A program made the position numbers and the translations under genes. A DNA stretch of 64,000 nt from an uncultured Actinomycetes bacterium (GTDB lineage: Bacteria; Actinomycetota; Thermoleophilia; UBA2241): the NCBI GenBank assembly GCA_963733255.1, contig CAVTCH010000009.1, forward strand, positions 29,694 through 93,693, read 5' to 3'. The notes beneath the pieces are model-generated. The model searched no databases. It saw only the letters and a program-made list of their open reading frames with translations, and was not told the origin of the DNA. Position 1 is the first letter of the stretch, and each line of letters begins with the position of its first letter. Below, one piece after another: positions 9,061 through 17,762 of this stretch.

Positions 9061-10151
9061 GCGTGCCCTACCTCGAGATCGAAGCAAGCGGATCTCCCCG
9101 CGAGATCGGCCGCCAGATCGGCGAAGCCTCACGCCACCTGGTCGTCGCCGGCATCGCCTACTACGAGGAGTACCACGAGGAGATGGGCGGCCTGCCGTTC
9201 GCCGTGGCCGAACAGGAGTGTCTGGCCTTCCTGCCACCCGCCCGCCGGGCGCTGCCCAGGATCGTCGAGGAGCTCGAGGGCCTGGCCGAAGGCGCCGGCG
9301 TGCGGCTCAGCCAGGTGCTCGTGCCCAACCTCGGCGAGGAGCTCACCTGCAACGCCGACCCGGCCGCGAGCCCCGATGGCGCGCCGCCCGTGTCCCACGC
9401 CGATCACTGCACCTCGGTGGCCGTGCGCGCGGGCGGGTGCTGCCTGCTCGGCCACAACGAGGACTGGTGGGCCGGCGACGTCGACAAGAACGTCCTGCTG
9501 CGCCTGACGACCGACGACGGCACGCAGATCCTGGCCATGACGTCGGCCTGCCTGCTGCCGCCGACCGGCATCAACTCGCACGGTGTCGCCACGGCGGGCA
9601 ACACCCTGTACGCCGACGACCAGCGCGTCGGGGTGCCCAACAACTTCATCCGGCGTCACCTGCTCGAGTCGCGCTCGCTCGACGACGCCCGCCGGCGCGC
9701 CCTGATCGAGACCCGCGCCCGCGGTTCGAACCACCTGTTCGCCGACGCGGCGGGCGGCCTGCTCGACATCGAGGCTGCCGCGACCCACGAGGCGCTGATC
9801 GTGGGCGCCGACCGGCTGGTCCACACCAACCACTTCGTCGACCCGGCGATGACCGGCAGCGACCTCTCGACCTCCGAGGGCACCCGCCGCCGGCTGGCCC
9901 GGGCGACCGCGCTGCTCGACCAGGGTCTGGCCCGCGGCGACGACCCGCGCGACCTGCTGCAGGCCATCCTGAGCGACCACGACGGCTACGACGGGGCGAT
10001 GTCGATCTGCGGCCACCCTGACCTCTCGGTGCCGGTGGGCGAACGCGACATGACCACGGCGAGCATGATCTGGGACCTTCAGGAGCTCTCCGTCGAGGTC
10101 TGCGCCGGGCCGCCGTGCGAGAACGAGCGACGCCTGTTCAGACTGCGCTAG
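9057..10151 (+). CDS. peptidase C45 family Ntn-hydrolase (acyl-CoA:6-APA acyltransferase-like)
   Basis: CTSVAV nucleophile region and HNEDW motif; ATG overlaps the upstream stop (ATGA); AAGGAGA SD. Confidence 0.7.
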   Translation: MSVPYLEIEASGSPREIGRQIGEASRHLVVAGIAYYEEYHEEMGGLPFAVAEQECLAFLPPARRALPRIVEELEGLAEGAGVRLSQVLVPNLGEELTCNADPAASPDGAPPVSHADHCTSVAVRAGGCCLLGHNEDWWAGDVDKNVLLRLTTDDGTQILAMTSACLLPPTGINSHGVATAGNTLYADDQRVGVPNNFIRRHLLESRSLDDARRRALIETRARGSNHLFADAAGGLLDIEAAATHEALIVGADRLVHTNHFVDPAMTGSDLSTSEGTRRRLARATALLDQGLARGDDPRDLLQAILSDHDGYDGAMSICGHPDLSVPVGERDMTTASMIWDLQELSVEVCAGPPCENERRLFRLR

Positions 10152-10188
10152 CTCGGCGCTCGACTGTGTCGCCGCCGCTCAAGCCGGC

Positions 10189-10268
10189 GCGACGTCGTTG
10201 CGCACCTGGTCACGGTGCCGCTCAGACCGTCGCGATGTTGTTGCGCACCCGGTCACGCCGCCGACCGT
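10189..10268. repeat. two tandem ~40-bp direct repeats (core GTTGCGCACCYGGTCACG) in the dehydrogenase upstream region
   Basis: Seen directly: gcgacgtcgttgcgcacctggtcacggtgccgctcagaccgtc / gcgatgttgttgcgcacccggtcacgccgccgaccgtc. Confidence 0.5.
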
Positions 10269-10369
10269 CGCGACCGGCTACGGTCGGACCGGGCTGATGC
10301 GATACAATCTGTAGCTCGGTCGCCGCGGCGGCCCGCAACCCGACCGACACCTCGAACGGGAGCGCAGAA

Positions 10370-11635
10370 GTGAAGATCGCAGTCATCGGCATGGGCTACG
10401 TCGGCCTGCCCCTCGCAGTGACCTTCGCCCAGGCGGGCGTCGAGGTCGTCGGTATCGAGGCCGATCCCAATCGTTGCAGCGCCATCAAGGCCGGCGCCTC
10501 GTACATCGTCGACGTCGCCGACGAGGCGCTGGTGGCGGTCGTCGACCAGGGCCTGCTTACGGCCACCACCGACTATGCGGCCACCGAGGACTGCGCGGCC
10601 TGCATCATCTGCTTGCCGACGCCGCTGAACGCCAATCGCGAGCCCGACCTGACGCTCGTCAAGGACGCGACGGTCAAGCTGGCCGGCCATGTGCAGCGCG
10701 GCCAGCTCATCTGCCTCGAGAGCACCACGTACCCGGGCACGACCCGCGAGGTGCTCGCGCCGCTCCTCGAAGAGGGCTCGGGGCTCACCGCGGGCACCGA
10801 CTTCCATCTCGCCTTCTCGCCCGAGCGGGTCGATCCCGGGCGCACGGACTACACGACCAAGACGACGCCCAAGGTCGTGGGCGGCCTCACGCCGGCCTGC
10901 ACCGCCAAGGTCGTCGAGGTCTACGGCCAGGCGCTCGATCACCTCGTGCCGGTCACCACTCCCGAGGTGGCCGAAATGACCAAGCTGCTCGAAAACATCT
11001 TCCGCAGCGTCAACATCGCCCTGGTCAACGAGCTCGCCATGCTCTGCGACCGGCTCGGCATCGACATCTGGGAGGTCATCGAGGCGGCCGGCAGCAAGCC
11101 GTTCGGCTTCATGAAGTTCCAGCCCGGCCCGGGCCTCGGCGGCCACTGCATCCCGATCGACCCCTTCTACCTGTCGTGGAAGGCGCGCGAGGTCGACTTC
11201 TGGACCGAGTTCATCGAGCTGGCCGGCAAGGTCAACGAGAACATGCCGTACTTCTGCGTCGCCAAGGTCACGCGGGCCCTGAACTCGCACGGCAAGGCGC
11301 TCCAGGGCTCCAAGGCGCTCGTCCTGGGCGTCGCCTACAAGGCCGACATCGACGATCTGCGCGAGTCGCCGGCGCTCAAGATCATCCGCCAGCTCGACAA
11401 GCAGGGCGTGGCGGTCGACTACCACGACCCGTTCGTGCCGGCCCTGCCGGCCTTCCACATGCACTCGATCGACCTCACCAAGGGCGCCGGCATCAGCGCC
11501 TACGACGTCGTGATCGTGGTGACGGCGCACTCCTCCACCGACTACGCCGACGTCGTGAGCAAGGCGCAGCTCGTGGTCGACCTGCGCAACGCCACCGCCG
11601 GCCTCGACGGCGCCGGCAAGGTCTGGAAGCTGTGA
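10370..11635 (+). CDS. UDP-sugar 6-dehydrogenase (UDP-glucose/UDP-GlcNAc/ManNAc dehydrogenase family; WbpA/WecC-like)
   Basis: N-terminal Rossmann IAVIGMGYVGL and catalytic GGHCIPID. Confidence 0.85.
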   Translation: MKIAVIGMGYVGLPLAVTFAQAGVEVVGIEADPNRCSAIKAGASYIVDVADEALVAVVDQGLLTATTDYAATEDCAACIICLPTPLNANREPDLTLVKDATVKLAGHVQRGQLICLESTTYPGTTREVLAPLLEEGSGLTAGTDFHLAFSPERVDPGRTDYTTKTTPKVVGGLTPACTAKVVEVYGQALDHLVPVTTPEVAEMTKLLENIFRSVNIALVNELAMLCDRLGIDIWEVIEAAGSKPFGFMKFQPGPGLGGHCIPIDPFYLSWKAREVDFWTEFIELAGKVNENMPYFCVAKVTRALNSHGKALQGSKALVLGVAYKADIDDLRESPALKIIRQLDKQGVAVDYHDPFVPALPAFHMHSIDLTKGAGISAYDVVIVVTAHSSTDYADVVSKAQLVVDLRNATAGLDGAGKVWKL

Positions 11636-11677
11636 CGCGGCGGCCGCGGGCCGCCGTCGCCGGCAACGTTTCGAAGG

Positions 11678-12721
11678 ATGGTGACCAACGTGAGCCGTGA
11701 CCCCCTACGCATCGGCGTCGTGGGCCTCAACTACTGGGGCCCCAACCTGGCGCGCAACGTCGACCGGTCGCCCAACGCCGAGCTGGCCTGGTGCTGCGAC
11801 CTGGACGACAAGATCATCGCTCGCATGGGCGCCCAGTTCCCCGACGCGAGAACGACCACCGAGCTCGACGACGTGCTGGCCGACGACACGGTCGACGCCG
11901 TCATCGTGGCGACGTCGGTGCCCACCCACTACCTGCTTGGCAAGCGCGTCCTCGAAGCCGGCAAGCACGTCTTCATCGAGAAGCCGATGGCGGTCACGGC
12001 CCGCGACGCCGAGGACCTCGTGCGCACCGCCGAAGCGCACGACCGGCAGCTCATGGTCGGTCATCTGCTCGAATACCACCCCGCCGTGCGCAAGATGAAG
12101 CAGCTTCTAGACGACGGCGAGCTCGGGCGCATCTTCTACGTCTACTCGAACCGCCTGAACCTGGGCAAGGTGCGGCCCGACGAGAACGCCCTGTGGAGCC
12201 TTGGCCCGCACGACATCTCGGTCATCAACTTCCTCACCGGCGAAGAGCCCGAAGAGGTCTCGGCGCGCGGCGAGTGCTACCTGCAGCAGGGCGTCGAAGA
12301 CGTCGTCTTCGGCTACATCAAGTTCCCGTCGGGCATGACCGGGCATCTGCACGTGAGCTGGCTCGACCCCCACAAGACCCGCAAGATCACGGTCGTGGGC
12401 TCCGACAAGATGGCGGTCTTCGACGACATGGACGCCGACCGCAAGGTCACCGTCTACGACAAGAGCGCGGTGGTGCCGCAGTACCAGTCTTACGGCGAGT
12501 ACGTCACCCTGCGCTTCGGCGACATCCACATCCCGCACCTCGCCAACGACGAGCCGCTCAAGCTCGAGGTCGAGCACTTCGTCGAGTGCGCGCGCGACAA
12601 CCGCCGGCCGCTGTCCGACGGGCGCGACGGCCTGAACGTGGTGCGCGTGCTCGAAGCGATGGAACGTTCGCTGCGCGACGGCGGCCGTCCCGTCAGGACC
12701 GCCGACCTCACGGTCAACTAG
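11678..12721 (+). CDS. Gfo/Idh/MocA-family NAD-dependent oxidoreductase (WbpB-like UDP-sugar 3-dehydrogenase candidate)
   Basis: IGVVGLNYWGPNLARN Rossmann and EKP motif. Confidence 0.8.
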   Translation: MVTNVSRDPLRIGVVGLNYWGPNLARNVDRSPNAELAWCCDLDDKIIARMGAQFPDARTTTELDDVLADDTVDAVIVATSVPTHYLLGKRVLEAGKHVFIEKPMAVTARDAEDLVRTAEAHDRQLMVGHLLEYHPAVRKMKQLLDDGELGRIFYVYSNRLNLGKVRPDENALWSLGPHDISVINFLTGEEPEEVSARGECYLQQGVEDVVFGYIKFPSGMTGHLHVSWLDPHKTRKITVVGSDKMAVFDDMDADRKVTVYDKSAVVPQYQSYGEYVTLRFGDIHIPHLANDEPLKLEVEHFVECARDNRRPLSDGRDGLNVVRVLEAMERSLRDGGRPVRTADLTVN

Positions 12722-12723
12722 CG

Positions 12724-13437
12724 ATGGCCCTGCACCCCTCCGAGCACGGCCACAACCTCCTGGTCGGCTCAAATGTCGAGATCGGGGTCGGCGTGGTCTT
12801 CGGCGCCAACGTGATCGTCTACGACGACACCGAGATCGGCGAAGGCTGCTTCATTCAGGACGGCGCCGTGCTGGGCAAGGTGCCGTCACTGTCGCCGTCG
12901 TCGACCGCCAAGCGCAGCGCCCTGCCCGCGACGCGCCTCGGTGCCGGCTGCGTGATCTCGACCGGGGCGATCGTCTACCGCGGCGTGACGGCGGGAGCGG
13001 GCTGCATCGTGGGCGATCTGGCGAGCGTCCGCGAGCGCTGCGTGCTCGGTGAGCACGTGGTCGTGGGGCGCGGCACCTGCGTCGAGAACGACACCTCGAT
13101 CGGCGACTTCTCCAAGATCCAGTCGAACGCCTACATCACCGCCTACATGACGATCGAAGACCACGTCTTCGTGGCGCCCTGTGTACAGACCACGAACGAC
13201 AACTTCATGGGCCGCACCGAGAAGCGCCACGAGCTGATCAAGGGCGCGACCATCCGCCGCGGCGCCCGGGTGGGCGGCGGCGTCGTGCTCTGCCCCGGCA
13301 TCGAGATCGGCGCCGAGGCCTTCATCGCCGCGGGTGCGGTCGTCACCCGCGACGCGCCGGCCGGCAAGGTGCTCATGGGCGTGCCGGCGCGCGTCGTGCG
13401 CGACGTGTCCGCCGAAGAGCTGCTCGAAAACCAGTAG
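12724..13437 (+). CDS. hexapeptide-repeat (left-handed beta-helix) acetyltransferase, WbpD-like
   Basis: Repeated [LIV]G-x4 hexapeptides across most of the protein. Confidence 0.8.
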   Translation: MALHPSEHGHNLLVGSNVEIGVGVVFGANVIVYDDTEIGEGCFIQDGAVLGKVPSLSPSSTAKRSALPATRLGAGCVISTGAIVYRGVTAGAGCIVGDLASVRERCVLGEHVVVGRGTCVENDTSIGDFSKIQSNAYITAYMTIEDHVFVAPCVQTTNDNFMGRTEKRHELIKGATIRRGARVGGGVVLCPGIEIGAEAFIAAGAVVTRDAPAGKVLMGVPARVVRDVSAEELLENQ

Positions 13438-13529
13438 GCTCGCGCCGGCCGGCGCCGGGCGCTCCGACCGGTCGGCTCGAGAGTTCCGACCGGTGGGTCG
13501 CCAGGTTCCGACCGGCCGGCAGGGCTGCG

Positions 13530-14849
13530 CTACTCCCGGCCCAGCGCCGCCAGGTAGGTCTCGAGCCGCGGGCCGCCCTTGGGCAGGCCCAGCTTGCGGC
13601 GCACGTTGGCTCTGTGAAAGGCGACCGACGACGCCGAGATGTGCAACGTCTCGGCGATCTCGGCGCTGGTCTTGCCGAGGCGCACGAAGTTGGCCACCTC
13701 GGTCTCGCGACGGGTGAGCGGCCGGCCGCCGTTGGTGCCGGCGAGGTGGTGCCCGAACGGCCCGACGATCTCGCGCAGGTTCATGCGCACGGCCTCTATC
13801 TCGAGCCGCTCGGGTCTGTGGTGCAGCGCCCGGCTCAGGCGATCGAGCGTCGGGTCGATCAGGTGCTCAACGTTCTGTACGATGCGCTCCTCGAGCTCGC
13901 GGCGATCATGCTCACGCTGTTCGAGCAGGACCCGCAGCGCGGTGTTGCGCTCGTCTGAGATCGTCGCCTGGCGGCGCAGCGCGCGTTCCGAGCGGGAGAG
14001 CTCGTCCTGCATGGCGCGCTGCTCGGTGATGTCGGTGCCCAGCAGAAAGTAGCTGCGCTCGTCGCCCAGGTGAGCCGGGATGATCGTGAGGAGCAGCGTC
14101 TTGGGCCGGCCCCGCACCGTGCAGGTCACGTCGAGCTCGACGATCCTGTCGTCGGCGCCGGGCTCGCCGGACACCGCGGCGCACACGTCGGGCGGAAAGT
14201 CGTCGCGGATGGTCGCGGCGAGCATCTCGTCGCGGCTGCGCTCAAAGAAGGCGAGGGCGCGCTCGTCGGCGTCGAGGTAGGCTCCCGAGGCATCGACCTG
14301 CAGAGCCGGGCTGGGCAGGCGGAACAGGACCCGGTGCAGCTCGTTGGCTTCGCGCAAGGCGAGCTGCACCTCTCGCTCGTCTGTGACGTCGCGCATGGCG
14401 CCGATCATGTTCACGGGGTCGCCGGCCTCGTCGGCCAGGATGACTCCCTGATCGTGGATGGTCCTGAACGAACCGTCGCCGTGGCGCAGCCGGTAGTCGC
14501 ATCTGAACGGCGCGAGGCCGCCCACGCTCTGCGAGACCGCGTCACGGACCCGCTCGCTGTCGTCGGGGTGCAGTCGCTCGAACCAGCCTTCGACGTTGCG
14601 CGGGAAAGCGCCCGGTCGCAGCCCGAGCATGCGGTCGAGCTGCTCGCCGAAGTAGATCGCGCCGGTCCGGATGTTCCAGTCGTACACGACGTCGAAGGTG
14701 ACGGCGAGAAAGGCGCGCAACCGGGGGTCGCCGTAGGCGAGGGGCGGCGGTACGACGGTGCCGTCGATGCCGGCCGAGCGAAACAGCGCCCGCGGCCCCT
14801 TGAGTTTGAGGCTCCGTTTGAGCGTGGGCGGGATGCGTCTGCTAGGCAT
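13530..14849 (-). CDS. PAS-domain LuxR-family transcriptional regulator
   Basis: Two PAS-like segments and a C-terminal HTH (LTRRETEVANFVRLGKTSAEIAETLHISASSVAFHRANVRRKLG). Confidence 0.75.
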   Translation of the reverse strand: MPSRRIPPTLKRSLKLKGPRALFRSAGIDGTVVPPPLAYGDPRLRAFLAVTFDVVYDWNIRTGAIYFGEQLDRMLGLRPGAFPRNVEGWFERLHPDDSERVRDAVSQSVGGLAPFRCDYRLRHGDGSFRTIHDQGVILADEAGDPVNMIGAMRDVTDEREVQLALREANELHRVLFRLPSPALQVDASGAYLDADERALAFFERSRDEMLAATIRDDFPPDVCAAVSGEPGADDRIVELDVTCTVRGRPKTLLLTIIPAHLGDERSYFLLGTDITEQRAMQDELSRSERALRRQATISDERNTALRVLLEQREHDRRELEERIVQNVEHLIDPTLDRLSRALHHRPERLEIEAVRMNLREIVGPFGHHLAGTNGGRPLTRRETEVANFVRLGKTSAEIAETLHISASSVAFHRANVRRKLGLPKGGPRLETYLAALGRE

Positions 14850-15042
14850 TGCCTATCATTAGCCCCCCAAAAGATTGGCCTTGCCGCCGTCTATATTGTG
14901 GGTACTGTCGCAGTACGTCAACGATGGCGCGCCACTATGGCGCGTCGGCGGGCCGGCCGCCGCGAAAGGGGGTTGCCGCTGGCACAGGCGGTGTCGATCG
15001 TCCGATCGACGCATCCACCCTTGCTACACGGGGAGGCACGGT

Positions 15043-15390
15043 ATGGAGTCTCATCTCGTTTCCGCCGACGCGATCGCGACCGTTCCGCTCGACGTCGGAC
15101 CCGACAGCAAGCTCAACCTGGTCGACGTCATCGACCGCACACAGGGCGCCCCGTTCTGCGCCGGCATCTGCGAGGTCTTCCCGGGCTCGCCGGTCGACTT
15201 CGACTACGACGACGACGCGGCGGTCTGCTACATGCTCGAAGGGGAGGTCACGTTGGCCGAGGATGGCGAGACCCGTGCCTTCAAGCCCGGGGACATCGTC
15301 TACATCCCCCGCAAGAAGGGCCTGCTCGTCTACTGGAGCACCGATTCGTACGGCAAGTTCTTCTATGTGACCTATCCGCACTGGCGGTAG
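15043..15390 (+). CDS. small cupin-fold protein (EutQ/cupin_3-like)
   Basis: 115 aa with beta-barrel motifs (PGDIVYIP); GGAGG SD before ATG 15043. Confidence 0.6.
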   Translation: MESHLVSADAIATVPLDVGPDSKLNLVDVIDRTQGAPFCAGICEVFPGSPVDFDYDDDAAVCYMLEGEVTLAEDGETRAFKPGDIVYIPRKKGLLVYWSTDSYGKFFYVTYPHWR

Positions 15391-15440
15391 GCAGAGAGGG
15401 GGGCTCCTTGCCATCTGAACCAGAACACCACGGGCACCAC

Positions 15441-17099
15441 ATGTTCCACGACGAAGGCGACGCCCAGCACCGGCGCGACAGCGAGCAGTTGGCCAAGTTC
15501 GGCTACAGCCAGGAGCTGCGCCGCTCGCTCGGCTTCTTTTCGACGTTCGCCATCGCCTTCAGCTTCATCTCGGCGACCAACGGCTTCTATGCGCTCTTCT
15601 ACTACGGCCTCGACGTCGGCGGGCCGGCCGGCCTCATCTGGCAATGGCCGATCATAGTCTTCGGCCAGTTCATGGTCGCCCTCGTGTTCGCCGAGGCGGC
15701 CTCGCACTACCCGCTGGCCGGCGGCGTCTACCAGTGGGCCAAGCGCTTCATGGGCGGCACCTACGGCTGGTGGACGGCCTGGATGTTCGCCGTGGCGCTG
15801 GTCGTGACGGTGGCCGCGGTCGCCTTCGGCGTGACGCCGATCGTCTGCTCGCTCATGGGCTGGCAGACGACGCACGGTACCCTGCTGTGGATCGCCGTCT
15901 GCTTCACCGCGGGGCCGATGCTGCTCAACATCTACAGCGTCAGGGTGACGGCCTTCTTCAACAACATCGGAACGGTGACCGAGATGATCGGCCTCGTGGT
16001 GATCGGCACCGCCCTCTACATCGCGGTGATCACCGGCCACGGTCAGCACCAGGGACTGAGTGTGCTGTTCAACACGACGCCGGGCGCTGCGAAGGGCGCC
16101 ATCTTCGGGTACGGCAGTGTCTTCCTTGCCGCGATGCTCACCGGCGCCTGGGTGATGTACGGCTTCGACGCTGCGGGCGGCCTGGCCGAAGAGACGGTCA
16201 ACCCCACGCGTGAGGTGCCCCGCGCCATGCTGTTCGCCGTGGGCATAACGGCGGCCATCTCGGCCTTCTGGCTGGTGGCCATGGTGCTGGCGATACCGAA
16301 CGTCCCAAAGACGCAGGCACAGAGCACCGGCGCCATCGCCTACATCTTCCACGCGCACTTCCCGAACTGGGTGACCAACGCCTTCCTCATCTCGGTGTGC
16401 GTCGCCATCTTCGTGTGCTGCCTGGCCATCCAGGCGGCGACGACACGGCTGCTGTACGCCTACGGCCGCGACAAGATGATCCCTGGCCACAAGTTCTTCG
16501 GCTACGTGCATCCCAGGACCAAGACCCCGCTGACCTCGGCGATCTTCGTGGCCGTAGCGGCCATCGTCGTGCTGCTCTACGTCACCGTCGGCGGCGCCGA
16601 CCCGTTCGTCCAGATCGCCCGCGTCACCGCCTGGGCCACGGCCGGCACCTACATCGCCTACCAGATGGTGGTCTTCGGCGGCCTCGTCAAGCGCTCCAAG
16701 GGCTGGCCCACGGAGAGGGCCTACTTCAACCTGGGCAGGTGGGGCTGGCCGGTCAACATCATCGCCTTCGTCTACGGCGTCTTCATGATCGTGAACCTGG
16801 CCTGGCCGCGGCAATCCACGACCTGGCTCGACACCTACATCGTGATGCTTTCGCTCGGCGTGGTGGTCGTCGTCGGTGCGATCGTGTATGCGATCCAGCG
16901 CGCGCGGGGCGTCGATCTGAGCGCGACGATCCACGAGATCGACTTCTCGCCGGTCGACGCTCAGGCGGCCCTCGCCATGGCCGCCGGCGAAGCCGGCAAG
17001 ACGATCCCCGGCGACGGGCTCTCGGGCGAGACCGGCATGTCCGAGATGTCGGGGCCGCAGCGTCCCGAAGGACCTGAATCAGGAGGTTTTACAGACTAG
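15441..17099 (+). CDS. APC-superfamily amino acid/amine permease (12 TM)
   Basis: Characteristic APC N-terminal helices (FSFISATNGFY..., GGVYQWAKR); alternative TTG start at 15408 after GAGAGGGGGG. Confidence 0.8.
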   Translation: MFHDEGDAQHRRDSEQLAKFGYSQELRRSLGFFSTFAIAFSFISATNGFYALFYYGLDVGGPAGLIWQWPIIVFGQFMVALVFAEAASHYPLAGGVYQWAKRFMGGTYGWWTAWMFAVALVVTVAAVAFGVTPIVCSLMGWQTTHGTLLWIAVCFTAGPMLLNIYSVRVTAFFNNIGTVTEMIGLVVIGTALYIAVITGHGQHQGLSVLFNTTPGAAKGAIFGYGSVFLAAMLTGAWVMYGFDAAGGLAEETVNPTREVPRAMLFAVGITAAISAFWLVAMVLAIPNVPKTQAQSTGAIAYIFHAHFPNWVTNAFLISVCVAIFVCCLAIQAATTRLLYAYGRDKMIPGHKFFGYVHPRTKTPLTSAIFVAVAAIVVLLYVTVGGADPFVQIARVTAWATAGTYIAYQMVVFGGLVKRSKGWPTERAYFNLGRWGWPVNIIAFVYGVFMIVNLAWPRQSTTWLDTYIVMLSLGVVVVVGAIVYAIQRARGVDLSATIHEIDFSPVDAQAALAMAAGEAGKTIPGDGLSGETGMSEMSGPQRPEGPESGGFTD

Positions 17100-17195
17100 G
17101 CGCGCCACGAAGTCACGCTCGCCTGAGCGGCGACGACGAAGTCGCTCACCGGGGGCACTAGGCGCGTCACGATCGGAACAGAAGCGTCACAGGCG
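17094..17195. repeat. one and a half copies of a ~58-bp palindromic repeat beginning at the permease stop codon (gacTAGGCGCGCC...)
   Basis: Sequence identity with the tandem units at 17587-17762. Confidence 0.5.
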
Positions 17196-17220
17196 GGGCG
17201 GCCGCAAGGCCGCCCCGCCT
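17191..17220 (+). terminator. GC-rich stem-loop (13-bp stem, GCAA loop) without U-tract; terminator-like
   Basis: aggcggggcggcc gcaa ggccgccccgcct. Confidence 0.3.
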
Positions 17221-17297
17221 GCGCGAGTGCCGACCCTCGTGAGCGCTCCGCCGTTCCGCCGAGACGCTCCGCCGGGTCGCCGTGCCCGTCCGAACCC

Positions 17298-17328
17298 TTG
17301 ACGACGGGGGCCTGCGGTCTGGTCTAAT
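17298..17328 (+). promoter_or_regulatory. sigma70-like promoter candidate for rubredoxin (TTGACG, 19 nt, TCTAAT)
   Basis: Motif spacing read directly from sequence. Confidence 0.3.
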
Positions 17329-17422
17329 GGGACGTGACACCCAGCGATCGGGGTCGCTTCGCACGACCAGACGGCCGCGACCACCGGCGCCTCTCACGAT
17401 GCCCGCCACAAAGGAGTCATCC

Positions 17423-17590
17423 ATGCAGAAGTACGTGTGCACGCTTTGCGACTGGGTCTACGATCCCGAGATCGGCGATCCCGACAACGGCGTTGCGCCG
17501 GGCACGGCGTTCGACGACCTTCCCGACGACTGGGTCTGCCCCGACTGTGGCGCCGGCGTCGACATGTTCGAGCCCCTCGACGAAGACTAG
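17423..17590 (+). CDS. rubredoxin
   Basis: [10 protein letters not shown]...CPDCG two CxxC knuckles; AAAGGAG SD 7 nt before the ATG. Confidence 0.85.
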   Translation: MQKYVCTLCDWVYDPEIGDPDNGVAPGTAFDDLPDDWVCPDCGAGVDMFEPLDED

Positions 17591-17762
17591 GCGCGCCGCG
17601 TAGTCACGCATGCCTGAGCGGCGATGACGAAGTCATTCGCCGGCACTAGGCGCGCCGCGTAGTCACGCATGCCTGAGCGGCGATGACGAAGTCATTCGCC
17701 GGCACTAGGCGCGCAGCGAAGCCACGCTCGCCCGAGCGGCGACGACGAAGTCGCTCGGCGGC
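17587..17762. repeat. three tandem copies of a ~58-bp palindromic repeat; first copy overlaps the rubredoxin stop codon TAG
   Basis: Units 17587-17644 and 17645-17702 are identical; the third is diverged; each contains a bulged hairpin (GGCGATGAC gaa GTCATTCGCC). Confidence 0.7.

Noticed and set aside
10253-11530. 425-aa minus-strand ORF overlapping the UDP-sugar dehydrogenase
   Set aside because: The plus-strand frame has the Rossmann and GGHCIPID catalytic motifs. The minus frame is Asp/Arg/Gly-rich shadow.
14070-17099. 1009-aa listed ORF
   Set aside because: Only the last 552 aa form the APC permease. The upstream part runs antisense through the LuxR regulator and the cupin gene in a different frame and has no start or SD context.
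17587-17762. Tandem 58-bp repeats considered as a CRISPR array
   Set aside because: Units are directly adjacent with no spacers, no cas genes are nearby, and the unit is a bulged palindrome resembling REP-like elements.
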